Positions 49,001-62,500 of a stretch of 64,000 nt of DNA are shown here, piece by piece. This stretch comes from Utricularia gibba. Lineage: Eukaryota > Plantae > Magnoliophyta. The DNA lies in NCBI GenBank assembly GCA_002189035.1, contig NEEC01000042.1, positions 1 through 64,000 on the forward strand. Direction: 5' to 3'. The position numbers and the translations under genes are program-made. Position 1 is the stretch's first letter, and each line of letters begins with the position of its first letter. Below the pieces are notes generated by a model. The model searched no databases. It saw only the letters and a list, made by a program, of their open reading frames with translations, and was not told the DNA's origin.

Positions 49001-52000
49001 GACAAAAGTATGCAAATCGATGAAAAAAATGATGCATTTGTTTAAATTACGATATCACGTGCACCCTACATGATTTTTTCAAAACTTACTTTATACTTGA
49101 GGAGGTGGTCTTGGGGGGCAAGAGGAACCGGACAAAGGTCAGCTTAGGCTTGGGCCGAAAGTAAGTTGTAGCCCGGCAAAGAAAGTGATGTATTTATTAA
49201 CATTCAGTTTTCGGGGGCTGCCTACATGGTTTTTCAAGGAACATATTCTCGTTTTTTGGCGGCTAGTCTCATTGGGAACCTGGTCCTAGACCCCGATTCT
49301 GTATGGCTCATGGGGTCAACCGGATGCAAATCGATGAATACAATGATGCATTTGTTTAAATTACGATATCACGTGCACCCTACATCATTTTTTTCAACAA
49401 CGTACTTTATACTTGAGGAGGTGGTCTTGGGGGGGAGAGGAACCGGACAAAGGTTAGCATAGGCTTTGGTCGAAAGTAAGTTGTAGCCCGGCAAAGAAAA
49501 GTGATATATGTATTTACGTTCGGTTTTCGGGGTGCCTACATGGTTTTTCAAGGAACAACTTCTCCTTTAGTGGCGGCCAGTCTCGCTAGGAACTTGGTCC
49601 GGGCCCCTGATTCTTTATGGCTCATGAGGACAAAAGGATGCAAATCGATGAATACAATGATGCATTTGTTTAAATTACGATATCACGTGCACCCTACATC
49701 ATTTTTTCAACAACGTACTTTATACTTGAGGAGGTGGTCTTGGGGGAGAGGAACCGGACAAAGGTCAGCTAGGCTTTGGCGAAAGTTAGTTGTAGCCCGG
49801 CAAAGAAAGTGATGTATTATTTACGTTCGGTTTTCGGGGTGCTTACATGGTTTTTCAAGGAACAACTTCTCCTTTAGTGGCGGCCAGTCTCGCTAGGAAC
49901 TTGGTCCGGGCCCCTGATTCTTTATGGCTCATGAGGACAAAAGGATGCAAATCGATGAATACAATGATGCATTTGTTTAAATTACGATATCACGTGCACC
50001 CCACATCATTTTTTCAACAACTTACTTTATACTTGAAGAGGCGGTCTTGGGGTGCACCTAGAACGGGACAAAGGTCAGGTTGGGCTTTGCCAGAGAGTTA
50101 GTTGTAGCCCGGCAAAGAAAGTGATGTATTTATTAACGTTCGGTTTTCGGGGTTGCCTACATGGTTTTTCAACGAAAAGCTTCTCGTTTGTGGCGGCCGC
50201 TCTCGCAGGGAACTTGGTCCGGGCCCCCGATGCTATATGGCTCATGAGGTCAACCAGATGCAAATCGATGAAGACAAGCATGCTTTTTTTTAATTACGAT
50301 ATCACGTGCAGCCCACATGATTTTTTCAACAACTTACTTTATACTTGAGGAGGCGGTCTTGGGGTGCACCTGGAACGGGATAAAGGTCAGGTTGGGCTTT
50401 GCCAGAGAGTTAGTTGTAGCCCGGCAAAGAAAGTGATGTATTTATTAACGTTCGGTTTTCGGGGTTGCCTACATGGTTTTTCAAGAAAAGCTTCTCGTTT
50501 TGTGGCGGCCGCTCTCGCAGGGAACTTGGTCCGGGCCCCCGATGCTTATGGCTCATGAGGTCAACCAGATGCAAATCGATGAAGACAAGCATGCTTTTTT
50601 TTAATTACGATATCACGTGCACCCACATGATTTTTTCAACAACTTACTTTATACTTGAGGAGGCGGTCTTGGGGTGCACCTGGAACGGGACAAAGGTCAG
50701 GTTGGGCTTTGCCAGAGAGTTAGTTGTAGCCCGGCAAAGAAAGTGATGTATTTATTAACGTTCGGTTTTCGGGGTTGCCTACATGGTTTTTCAAGGAAAA
50801 GCTTCTCGTTTTGTGGCGGCCGTCTCGCAGGGAACTTGGTCCGGGCCCCGATTCTTATGGCTCATGAGGTCAAAGTGCAAATCGATGAAACAAGATGCTT
50901 TTTTTTAAATTACGATATCACGTGCACCCTACATGATTTTTTCAACAACTTACTTTATACTTGAGGAGGCGGTCTTGGGGGCAGGAACGGGACAAAGGTC
51001 AGCTTAGGCTTGGGCCGAAAGTAAGTTGTAGCCCGGCAAAGAAAGTGATGTATTTATTAAGTTCGGTTTTCGGGGTTGCCTACATGGTTTTTCAAGGAAC
51101 AGCTTCTCGTTTTGTGGCGGCCGCTCTCGCAGGAACTTGGTCCGGGCCCCCGATTCTTATGGCTCATGAGGTCAAAGGATGCAAATCGATGAATACAAGA
51201 TGCTTTTTTTAAATTACGATATCACGTGCACCCACATGATTTTTTCAACAACTTACTTTATACTTGAGAGGCGGTCTTGGGGTGCACCTGGAACGGGACA
51301 AAGGTCAGGTTGGGCTTTGCCAGAAGTTAGTTGTAGCCCGGCAAAGAAAGTGATGTATTTATTAACGTTCGGTTTTCGGGGTTGCCTACATGGTTTTTCA
51401 AGAAAAGCTTCTCGTTTTGTGGCGGCCGCTCTCGCAGGGAACTTGGTCCGGGCCCCCGATTCTATATGGCTCATGAGGTCAACCAGATGCAAATCGATGA
51501 AGACAAGATGCTTTTTTTTTAATTACGATATCACGTGCACCCTACATGATTTTTTCAACAACTTACTTTATACTTGAGGAGGCGGTCTTGGGGTGCACCT
51601 GGAACGGGACAAAGGTCAGCTTAGGCTTGGGCCGAAAGTAAGTTGTAGCCCGGCAAAGAAAGTGATGTATTTATTAACGTTCGGTTTTCGGGGTTGCCAA
51701 CATGGTTTTTCAAGGAACAGCTTCTCGTTTTGTGGCGGCCGCTCTCGCAGGGAACTTGGTCCGGGCCCCCGATTCTATATGGCTCATGAGGTCAACCAGA
51801 TGCAAATCGATGAAGACAAGATGCTTTTTTTTTAATTACGATATCACGTGCACCCACATGATTTTTTCAACAACTTACTTTATACTTGAGGAGGCGGTCT
51901 TGGGGTGCACCTGGAACGGGACAAAAGGTCAGCTTAGGCTGGGCCGAAAGTAAGTTGTAGCCCGGCAAAGAAAGTGATGTATTTATTAAGGTTCGGTTTT

Positions 52001-55000
52001 CGGGGTTGCCAACATGGTTTTTCAAGGAACAGCTTCTCGTTTTGTGGCGGCCAGTCTCGCAAGAAACTTGGTCCGGGCCCTGATTCTTTATGGCTCATGA
52101 GGACAAAAGTATGCAAATCGATGAAAAAAATGATGCATTTGTTTAAATTACGATATCACGTGCACCCTACATGATTTTTTCAAACACTTACTTTATACTT
52201 GAGGAGGTGGTCTTGGGGGGCAAGAGGAACCGGACAAAGGTCAGCTTAGGCTTGGGCCGAAAGTAAGTTGTAGCCCGGCAAAGAAAGTGATGTATTTATT
52301 AACATTCAGTTTTCGGGGGCTGCCTACATGGTTTTTCAAGGAACATATTCTCGTTTTTTGGCGGCTAGTCTCATTGGGAACCTGGTCCTAGACCCCGATT
52401 CTGTATGGCTCATGGGGTCAACCGGATGCAAATCGATGAATACAATGATGCATTTGTTTAAATTGCGATATCACGTGCACCCTACATCATTTTTTCAACA
52501 ACGTACTTTATACTTGAGGAGGTGGTCTTGGGGGGGGAGAGGAACCGGACAAAGGTTAGCATAGGCTTTGGTCGAAAGTAAGTTGTAGCCCGGCAAAGAA
52601 AGTGATATATGTATTTACGTTCGGTTTTCGGGGATGCCTACATGGTTTTTCAAGGAACAACTTCTCCTTTAGTGGCGGCCAGTCTCGCTAGGAACTTGGT
52701 CCGGGCCCCTGATTCTTTATGGCTCATGAGGACAAAAGGATGCAAATCGATGAATACAATGATGCATTTGTTTAAATTACGATATCACGTGCACCCTACA
52801 TCATTTTTTCAACAACTACTTTATACTTGAGGAGGTGGTCTTGGGGGAGAGGAACCGGACAAAGGTCAGCTAGGCTTTGGCGAAAGTTAGTTGTAGCCCG
52901 GCAAAGAAAGTGATGTATTATTAACGTTCGGTTTTCGGGGTGCTTACATGGTTTTTCAAGGAACAACTTCTCCTTTAGTGGCGGCCAGTCTCGCTAGGAA
53001 CTTGGTCCGGGCCCCTGATTCTTTATGGCTCATGAGGACAAAAGGATGCAAATCGATGAATACAATGATGCATTTGTTTAAATTACGATATCACGTGCAC
53101 CCCACATCATTTTTTCAACAACTTACTTTATACTTGAAGAGGCGGTCTTGGGGTGCACCTAGAACGGGACAAAGGTCAGGTTGGGCTTTGCCAGAGAGTT
53201 AGTTGTAGCCCGGCAAAGAAAGTGATGTATTTATTAACGTTCGGTTTTCGGGGTTGCCTACATGGTTTTTCAACGAAAAGCTTCTCGTTTGTGGCGGCCG
53301 CTCTCGCAGGGAACTTGGTCCGGGCCCCCGATGCTATATGGCTCATGAGGTCAACCAGATGCAAATCGATGAAGACAAGCATGCTTTTTTTTTAATTACG
53401 ATATCACGTGCAGCCCACATGATTTTTTCAACAACTTACTTTATACTTGAGGAGGCGGTCTTGGGGTGCACCTGGAACGGGATAAAGGTCAGGTTGGGCT
53501 TTGCCAGAGAGTTAGTTGTAGCCCGGCAAAGAAAGTGATGTATTTATTAACGTTCGGTTTTCGGGGTTGCCTACATGGTTTTTCAACGAAAAGCTTCTCG
53601 TTTTGTGGCGGCCGCTCTCGCAGGGAACTTGGTCCGGGCCCCCGATGCTATATGGCTCATGAGGTCAACCAGATGCAAATCGATGAAGACAAGCATGCTT
53701 TTTTTTTAATTACGATATCACGTGCAGCCCACATGATTTTTTCAACAACTTACTTTATACTTGAGGAGGCGGTCTTGGGGTGCACCTGGAACGGGATAAA
53801 GGTCAGGTTGGGCTTTGCCAGAGAGTTAGTTGTAGCCCGGCAAAGAAAGTGTTGTATTTATTAACGTTCGGTTTTCGGGGTTGCCTACATGGTTTTTCAA
53901 CGAAAAGCTTCTCGTTTTGTGGCGGCCGCTCTCGCAGGGAACTTGGTCCGGGCCCCCGATGCTATATGGCTCATGAGGTCAACCAGGTGCAAATCGATGA
54001 AGACAAGCATGCTTTTTTTTTAGTTACGATATCACGTGCAGCCTACATGATTTTTTCAACAACTTACTTTATACTTGAGGAGGCGGTCTTGGGGTGCACC
54101 TGGAACGGGATAAAGGTCAGCTTAGGCTTGGGCCGAAAGTAAGTTGTAGCCCGGCAAAGAAAGTGATGTATTTATCAAGGTTCGGTTTTCGGGGTTGCCA
54201 ACATGGTTTTTCAAGGAACAGCTTCTCGTTTTGTGGCGGCCGCTCTCGCAGGGAACTTGGTCCGGGCCCCCGATGCTATATGGCTCATGAGGTCAACCAG
54301 ATGCAAATCGATGAAGACAAGCATGCTTTTTTTTTAATTACGATATCACGTGCAGCCCACATGATTTTTTCAACAACTTACTTTATACTTGAGGAGGCGG
54401 TCTTGGGGTGCACCTGGAACGGGATAAAGGTCAGCTTAGGCTGGGCCGAAAGTAAGTTGTAGCCCGGCAAAGAAAGTGATGTATTTATCAAGGTTCGGTT
54501 TTCGGGGTTGCCAACATGGTTTTTCAAGGAACAGCTTCTCGTTTTGTGGCGGCCAGTATCGCAAGAAACTTGGTCCGGGCGCCTGATTCTTTATGGCTCA
54601 TGAGGACAAAAGTATGCAAATCGATGAAAAAAATGATGCATTTGTTTAAATTACGATATCACGTGCACCCTACATGATTTTTTCAAACACTTACTTTATA
54701 CTTGAGGAGGTGGTCTTGGGGGGCAAGAGGAACCGGACAAAGGTCAGCTTAGGCTTGGGCCGAAAGTAAGTTGTAGCCCGGCAAAGAAAGTGATGTATTT
54801 ATTAACATTCAGTTTTCGGGGGCTGCCTACATGGTTTTTCAAGGAACATATTCTCGTTTTTTGGCGGCTAGTCACATTGGGAACCTGGTCCTAGACCCCG
54901 ATTCTGTATGGCTCATGGGGTCAACCGGATGCAAATCGATGAATACAATGATGCATTTGTTTAAATTGCGATATCACGTGCACCCTACATCATTTTTTCA

Positions 55001-56561
55001 ACAACGTACTTTATACTTGAGGAGGTGGTCTTGGGGGGAGAGGAACCGGACAAAGGTTAGCATAGGCTTTGGTCGAAAGTAAGTTGTAGCCCGGCAAAGA
55101 AAAGTGATATATTATTTACGTTCGGTTTTCGGGGATGCCTACATGGTTTTTCAAGGAACAACTTCTCCTTTAGTGGCGGCCAGTCTCGCTAGGAACTTGG
55201 TCCGGGCCCCTGATTCTTTATGGCTCATGAGGACAAAAGGATGCAAATCGATGAATACAATGATGCATTTGTTTAAATTACGATATCACGTGCACCCTAC
55301 ATCATTTTTTCAACAACTACTTTATACTTGAGGAGGTGGTCTTGGGGGGAGAGGAACCGGACAAAGGTTAGCATAGGCTTTGGCGAAAGTTAGTTGTAGC
55401 CCGGCAAAGAAAAGTGATGTATTATTACGTTCGGTTTTCGGGGTGCTTACATGGTTTTTCAAGGAACAACTTCTCCTTTAGTGGCGGCCAGTCTCGCTAG
55501 GAACTTGGTCCGGGCCCCTGATTCTTTATGGCTCATGAGGACAAAAGGATGCAAATCGATGAATACAATGATGCATTTGTTTAAATTACGATATCACGTG
55601 CACCCCACATCATTTTTTCAACAACTTACTTTATACTTGAAGAGGCGGTCTTGGGGCACCTAGAACGGGACAAAGGTCAGGTTGGGCTTTGCCAGAGAGT
55701 TAGTTGTAGCCCGGCAAAGAAAGTGATGTATTTATTAACGTTCGGTTTTCGGGGTTGCCTACATGGTTTTTCAACGAAAAGCTTCTCGTTTTGTGGCGGC
55801 CGCTCTCGCAGGGAACTTGGTCCGGGCCCCCGATAATGGCTCATGAGGTCAACCAGATGCAAATCGATGAAGACAAGCATGCATTTTTTTAATTACGATA
55901 TCACGTGCAGCCCACATGATTTTTTCAACAACTTACTTTATACTTGAGGAGGCGGTCTTGGGGTGCACCTGGAACGGGATAAAGGTCAGCTTAGGCTTGG
56001 GCCGAAAGTAAGTTGTAGCCCGGCAAAGAAAGTGATGTATTTATCAAGGTTCGGTTTTCGGGGTGCCTACATGGTTTTTCAAGGAACAGCTTCTCGTTTT
56101 GTGGCGGCCAGTCGCAGGAACTTGGTCCGGGCCCTGATTCTTTATGGCTCATGAGGACAAAAGATGCAAATCGATGAAAAAAATGATGCATTTGTTTAAA
56201 TTACGATATCACGTGCACCCTACATGATTTTTTCAAACACTTACTTTATACTTGAGGAGGTGGTCTTGGGGGCAAGAGGAACCGGAAAAAGGTCAGCTTA
56301 GGCTTGGGCGAAAGTAAGTTGTAGCCCGGCAAATAAAGTGAAGTATTTATTAACGTTCGTTTTCGGGTTGCCTACATGGTTTTTCAAGGAACAGCTTCTC
56401 GTTTTGTGGCGGCCAGTATCGCAAGGAACTTGGTCCGGGCCCTGATTCTTTATGGCTCATGAGGACAAAAGTATGCAAATCGATGAAAAAATGATGCATT
56501 TGTTTAAATTACGATATCACGTGCACCCTACATGATTTTTTCAACAACTTACTTTATACTT
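22060..56561. repeat. Satellite domain 2: variable-length higher-order units D-B-C(1-2)-A(n), mostly 4-10 monomers
   Basis: Variant A (GGGGTGCACCTGGAACGGG, GGCCGCTCTCGCAGGG, GAAGACAAGCATGC) first appears at ~22190. B-to-B spacings run 1558, 1250, 1566, 1246 and up to 3102 and 2503. Confidence 0.8.
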
Positions 56562-59500
56562 GAGGAGGTGGTCTTGGGGGGCAAGAGGAACCGGACAAAG
56601 GTCAGCTTAGGCTTGGGCCGAAAGTAAGTTGTAGCCCGGCAAAGAAAGTGATGTATTTATTAACATTCGTTTTCGGGGCTGCCTACATGGTTTTTCAAGG
56701 AACATATTCTCGTTTTTTGGCGGCTAGTCTCATTGGGAACCTGGTCCTAGACCCCGATTCTGTATGGCTCATGGGGTCAACCGGATGCAAATCGATGAAT
56801 ACAATGATGCATTTGTTTAAATTGCGATATCACGTGCACCCTACATCATTTTTTCAACAACGTACTTTATACTTGAGGAGGTGGTCTTGGGGGGGAGAGG
56901 AACCGGACAAAGGTTAGCATAGGCTTTGGTCGAAAGTAAGTTGTAGCCCGGCAAAGAAAAGTGATATATGTATTTACGTTCGGTTTTCGGGGATGCTTAC
57001 ATGGTTTTTCAAGGAACAGCTTCTCCTTTAGTGGCGGCCAGTCTCGCTAGGAACTTGGTCCGGGCCCCTGATTCTTTATGGCTCATGAGGTCAAAAGGAT
57101 GCAAATCGATGAATACAATGATGCATTTGTTTAAATTACGATATCACGTGCACCCACATCATTTTTTCAACAACTTACTTTATACTTGAGAGGTGGTCTT
57201 GGGAGGCAAGAGGAACCGGACAAAGGTCAGCTTAGGCTTGGGCCGAAAGTAAGTTATAGCCCGGCAAATAAAGTGAAGTATTTATTAACGTTCGGTTTTC
57301 GAGGTTGCCTACATGGTTTTTCAAGGAACAACTTCTCCTTTAGTGGCGGCTAGTCTCGCTAGGAACTTGGTCCGGGCCCCTGATTCTTTATGGCTAAAGA
57401 GGACAAAGGATGCAAATCGATGAATACAATGATGCATTTGTTTAAATTACGATATCACGTGCACCCACATCATTTTTTCAACAACTTACTTTATACTTGA
57501 AGAGGCGGTCTTGGGGTGCACCTAGAACGGGACAAAGGTCAGGTTGGGCTTTGCCAGAGAGTTAGTTGTAGCCCGGCAAAGAAAGTGATGTATTTATTAA
57601 CGTTCGGTTTTCGGGGTTGCCTACATGGTTTTTCAACGAAAAGCTTCTCGTTTTGTGGCGGCCGCTCTCGCAGGGAACTTGGTCCGGGCCCCCGATGCTA
57701 TATGGCTCATGAGGTCAACCAGATGCAAATCGATGAAGACAAGCATGCTTTTTTTTTAGTTACGATATCACGTGCAGCCCACATGATTTTTTCAACAATT
57801 TACTTTATACTTGAGGAGGCGGTCTTGGGGTGCACCTGGAACGGGATAAAGGTCAGCTTAGGCTTGGGCCGAAAGAAAGTTGTAGCCCGGCAAAGAAAGT
57901 GATGTATTTATTAAGGTTCGGTTTTCAGTGTTGCCAACATGGTTTTTCAAGGAACAGCTTCTCGTTTTGTGGCGGCCAATATCGCAAGGAACTTGGTCCG
58001 GGCGCCTGATTCTTTATGGCTCATGAGGACAAAAGTATGCAAATCGACGAAAAAAATGATGCATTTGTTTAAATTACGATATCACGTGCACCCTACATGA
58101 TTTTTTCAACAACTTACTTTATACTTGAGAAGGCGTCTTGGGGTGCACCAGGAACGGGACAAAGGTCAGTTTGGCTTGCACCGAGAGTTAGTTGTAGCCC
58201 GGCAAATAAAGTGATGTATTTATTAACGTTCGATTTTCGGAAGCTGCCTAAATGGTTTTTGAAAGAACATCTTCTCGTTTTTTGGCGGCCAGTCTCGCTG
58301 GGAACTTGGTCCTTGACCCCGTTCTATATGGCTTATGGGGTCAACCGGATGCAAATCGATGAAAAAAAATGATGCATTTGTTTAAATTATGATATCACGT
58401 GCACCCTCCATGATTTTTTCAACAACTTACTTTATGAGTGAGTTTATCTCGGCAAAGAAAGTGATGTATTTATTAACGTTCGGTTTTCGGGGTTGCCTAC
58501 ATGGTTTTTAAAGGAACAGCTTCTCGTTTTGTGGCGGCCTGTATCGCAAGGAACTTGTCCGGCCCCCTAATTTTTTATGGCTCATGAGGACAAAAGGATG
58601 CAAATCGATGAATACAATGATGCATTTGTTTAAATTACGATATCACGTGCACCCTACATGATTTTTTCAACAACTTACTTTATACTTTAGGAGGTGGTTT
58701 GAGGCAACAGGAACGGAAAAAGGTCAGCTTAGGTTTGGGCCGAAAGTAAGTTGTAGCCCGGCAAAGAAAGTGATGTATTTATTAACATTCAGTTTTCGGG
58801 GGCTGCCTACATGGTTTTTCAAGGAACATATTCTCGTTTTTTGGCGGCTAGTCTCATTGGGAACCTGGTCCTAGACCCCGATTCTGTATGGCTCATGGGG
58901 TCAACCGGATGCAAATCGATGAATACAATGATGCATTTGTTTAAATTGCGATATCACGTGCACCCTACATCATTTTTTCAACAACGTACTTTATACTTGA
59001 GGAGGTGGTCTTGGGGGGGAGAGGAACCGGACAAAGGTTAGCATAGGCTTTGGTCGAAAGTAAGTTGTAGCCCGGCAAAGAAAAGTGATATATGTATTTA
59101 CGTTCGGTTTTCGGGGATGCTTACATGGTTTTTCAAGGAACAACTTCTCCTTTAGTGGCGGCCAGTCTCGCTAGGAACTTGGTCCGGGCCCCTGATTCTT
59201 TATGGCTCATGAGGACAAAAGGATGCAAATCGATGAATACAATGATGCATTTGTTTAAATTACGATATCACGTGCACCCTACATGATTTTTTCAACAACG
59301 TACTTTATACTTGAAGAGGCGGTCTTGGGGTGCACCTAGAACGGGACAAAGGTCAGGTTGGGCTTTGCCAGAGAGTTAGTTGTAGCCCGGCAAAGAAAGT
59401 GATGTATTTATTAACGTTCGGTTTTCGGGTTGCCTACATGGTTTTTCAAGGAAAAGCTTTTCGTTTTGTGGCGGCTGCTCTCGCTGGGAACTTTGTCCGG

Positions 59501-62500
59501 GCCCCCGATCCTATATGGCTCATGAGGTCAACCAGATGCAAATCGATGAAGACAAGCATGCTTTTTTTAAATTACGATATCACGTGCACCCCACATGATT
59601 TTTTCAACAACTTACTTTATACTTGAGAAGGCGGTCTTGGGTGCACCAAGAACGGGACAAAGGTCAGGTTTGGCTTGGGCCGAAAGTAAGTTGTAGCCCG
59701 CAAATAAAGTGATGTATTTATTAACGTTCGGTTTTCGGAAGCTGCCTAAATGCTTTTTGAAAGAACATCTTCTCGTTTTTTGGCGGCCAGTCTCGCTGGG
59801 AACTTGGTCCTTGACCCCGGTTCTATATCGTTCATGGGGTCAATCGGATGTAAATCGATGAAAAAAATGATGCATTTGTTTAAATTACGATATCACGTGC
59901 ACCCTACATGATTTTTTCAACAACTTACTTTATACTTGAGGAGGTGGTCTTGGGGGGCAAGAGGAACCGGACAAAGGTCAGCTTAGGCTTGGGCCGAAAG
60001 TAAGTTGTAGCCCGGCAAAGAAAGTGATGTATTTATTAACATTCGTTTTCGGGGGCTGCCTACATGGTTTTTCAAGGAACATATTCTCGTTTTTTGGCGG
60101 CTAGTCTCATTGGGAACCTGGTCCTAGACCCCGATTCTGTATGGCTCATGGGGTCAACCGGATGCAAATCGATGAATACAATGATGCATTTGTTTAAATT
60201 GCGATATCACGTGCACCCTACATCATTTTTTCAACAACGTACTTTATACTTGAGGAGGTGGTCTTGGGGGGAGAGGAACCGGACAAAGGTTAGCATAGGC
60301 TTTGGTCGAAAGTAAGTTGTAGCCCGGCAAAGAAAAGTGATATATGTATTTACGTTCGGTTTTCGGGGATGCTTACATGGTTTTTCAAGGAACAGCTTCT
60401 CCTTTAGTGGCGGCCAGTCTCGCTAGGAACTTGGTCCGGGCCCCTGATTCTTTATGGCTCATGAGGTCAAAAGGATGCAAATCGATGAATACAATGATGC
60501 ATTTGTTTAAATTACGATATCACGTGCACCCACATCATTTTTTCAACAACTTACTTCATACTTGATGAGGTGGTCTTGGGAGGCAAGAGGAACCGGACAA
60601 AGGTCAGCTTAGGCTTGGGCCGAAAGTAAGTTATAGCCCGGCAAATAAAGTGAAGTATTTATTAACGTTCGGTTTTCGAGGTTGCCTACATGGTTTTTCA
60701 AGGAACAACTTCTCCTTTAGTGGCGGCTAGTCTCGCTAGGAACTTGGTCCGGGCCCCTGATTCTTTATGGCTAAAGAGGACAAAAGGATGCAAATCGATG
60801 AATACAATGATGCATTTGTTTAAATTACGATATCACGTGCACCCCACATCATTTTTTCAACAACTTACTTTATACTTGAAGAGGCGGTCTTGGGGTGCAC
60901 CTAGAACGGGACAAAGGTCAGGTTGGGCTTTGCCAGAGAGTTAGTTGTAGCCCGGCAAAGAAAGTGATGTATTTATTAACGTTCGGTTTTCGGGGTTGCC
61001 TACATGGTTTTTCAACGAAAAGCTTCTCGTTTTGTGGCGGCCGCTCTCGCAGGGAACTTGGTCCGGGCCCCCGATGCTATATGGCTCATGAGGTCAACCA
61101 GATGCAAATCGATGAAGACAAGCATGCTTTTTTTTTAGTTACGATATCACGTGCAGCCCACATGCTTTTTTCAACAATTTACTTTATACTTGAGGAGGCG
61201 GTCTTGGGGTGCACCTGGAACGGGATAAAGGTCAGCTTAGGCTTGGGCCGAAAGAAAGTTGTAGCCCGGCAAAGAAAGTGATGTATTTATTAAGGTTCGG
61301 TTTTCAGTGTTGCCAACATGGTTTTTCAAGGAACAGCTTCTCGTTTTGTGGCGGCCAATATCGCAAGGAACTTGGTCCGGGCGCCTGATTCTTTATGGCT
61401 CATGAGGACAAAAGTATGCAAATCGACGAAAAAATGATGCATTTGTTTAAATTACGATATCACGTGCACCCTACATGATTTTTTCAACAACTTACTTTAT
61501 ACTTGAGAAGGCAGTCTTGGGGTGCACCAGGAACGGGACAAAGGTCAAGTTTGGCTTGCACCGAGAGTTAGTTGTAGCCCGGCAAATAAAGTGATGTATT
61601 TATTAACGTTCGATTTTCGGAAGCTGCCTAAATGCTTTTTGAAAGAACATCTTCTCGTTTTTTGGCGGCCAGTCTCGCTGGGAACTTGGTCCTTGACCCC
61701 GGTTCTATATGGCTTATGGGGTCAACCGGATGCAAATCGATGAAAAAAAATGATGTATTTGTTTAAATTATGATATCACGTGCACCCTCCATGATTTTTT
61801 CAACAACTTACTTTATGAGTGAGTTTTATCTCGGCAAAGAAAGTGATGTATTTATTAACGTTCGGTTTTCGGGGTTGCCTACATGGTTTTTAAAGGAACA
61901 GCTTCTCGTTTTGTGGCGGCCTGTATCGCAAGGAACTTCGTCCGGCCCCTAATTTTTATGGCTCATGAGGACAAAAGGATGCAAATCGATGAATACAATG
62001 ATGCATTTGTTTAAATTACGATATCACGTGCACCCTACATGATTTTTTCAACAACTTACTTTATACTTTAGGAGGTGGTGTTCCGAGGCAACAGGAACGG
62101 AAAAAGGTCAGCTTAGGTTTGGGCCGAAAGTAAGTTGTAGCCCGGCAAAGAAAGTGATGTATTTATTAACATTCAGTTTTCGGGGGCTGCCTACATGGTT
62201 TTTCAAGGAACATATTCTCGTTTTTTGGCGGCTAGTCTCATTGGGAACTGGTCCTAGACCCCGATTCTGTATGGCTCATGGGGTCAACCGGATGCAAATC
62301 GATGAATACAATGATGCATTTGTTTAAATTGCGATATCACGTGCACCCTACATCATTTTTTCAACAACGTACTTTATACTTGAGGAGGTGGTCTTGGGGG
62401 GGAGAGGAACCGGACAAAGGTTAGCATAGGCTTTGGTCGAAAGTAAGTTGTAGCCCGGCAAAGAAAAGTGATATATGTATTTACGTTCGGTTTTCGGGGA

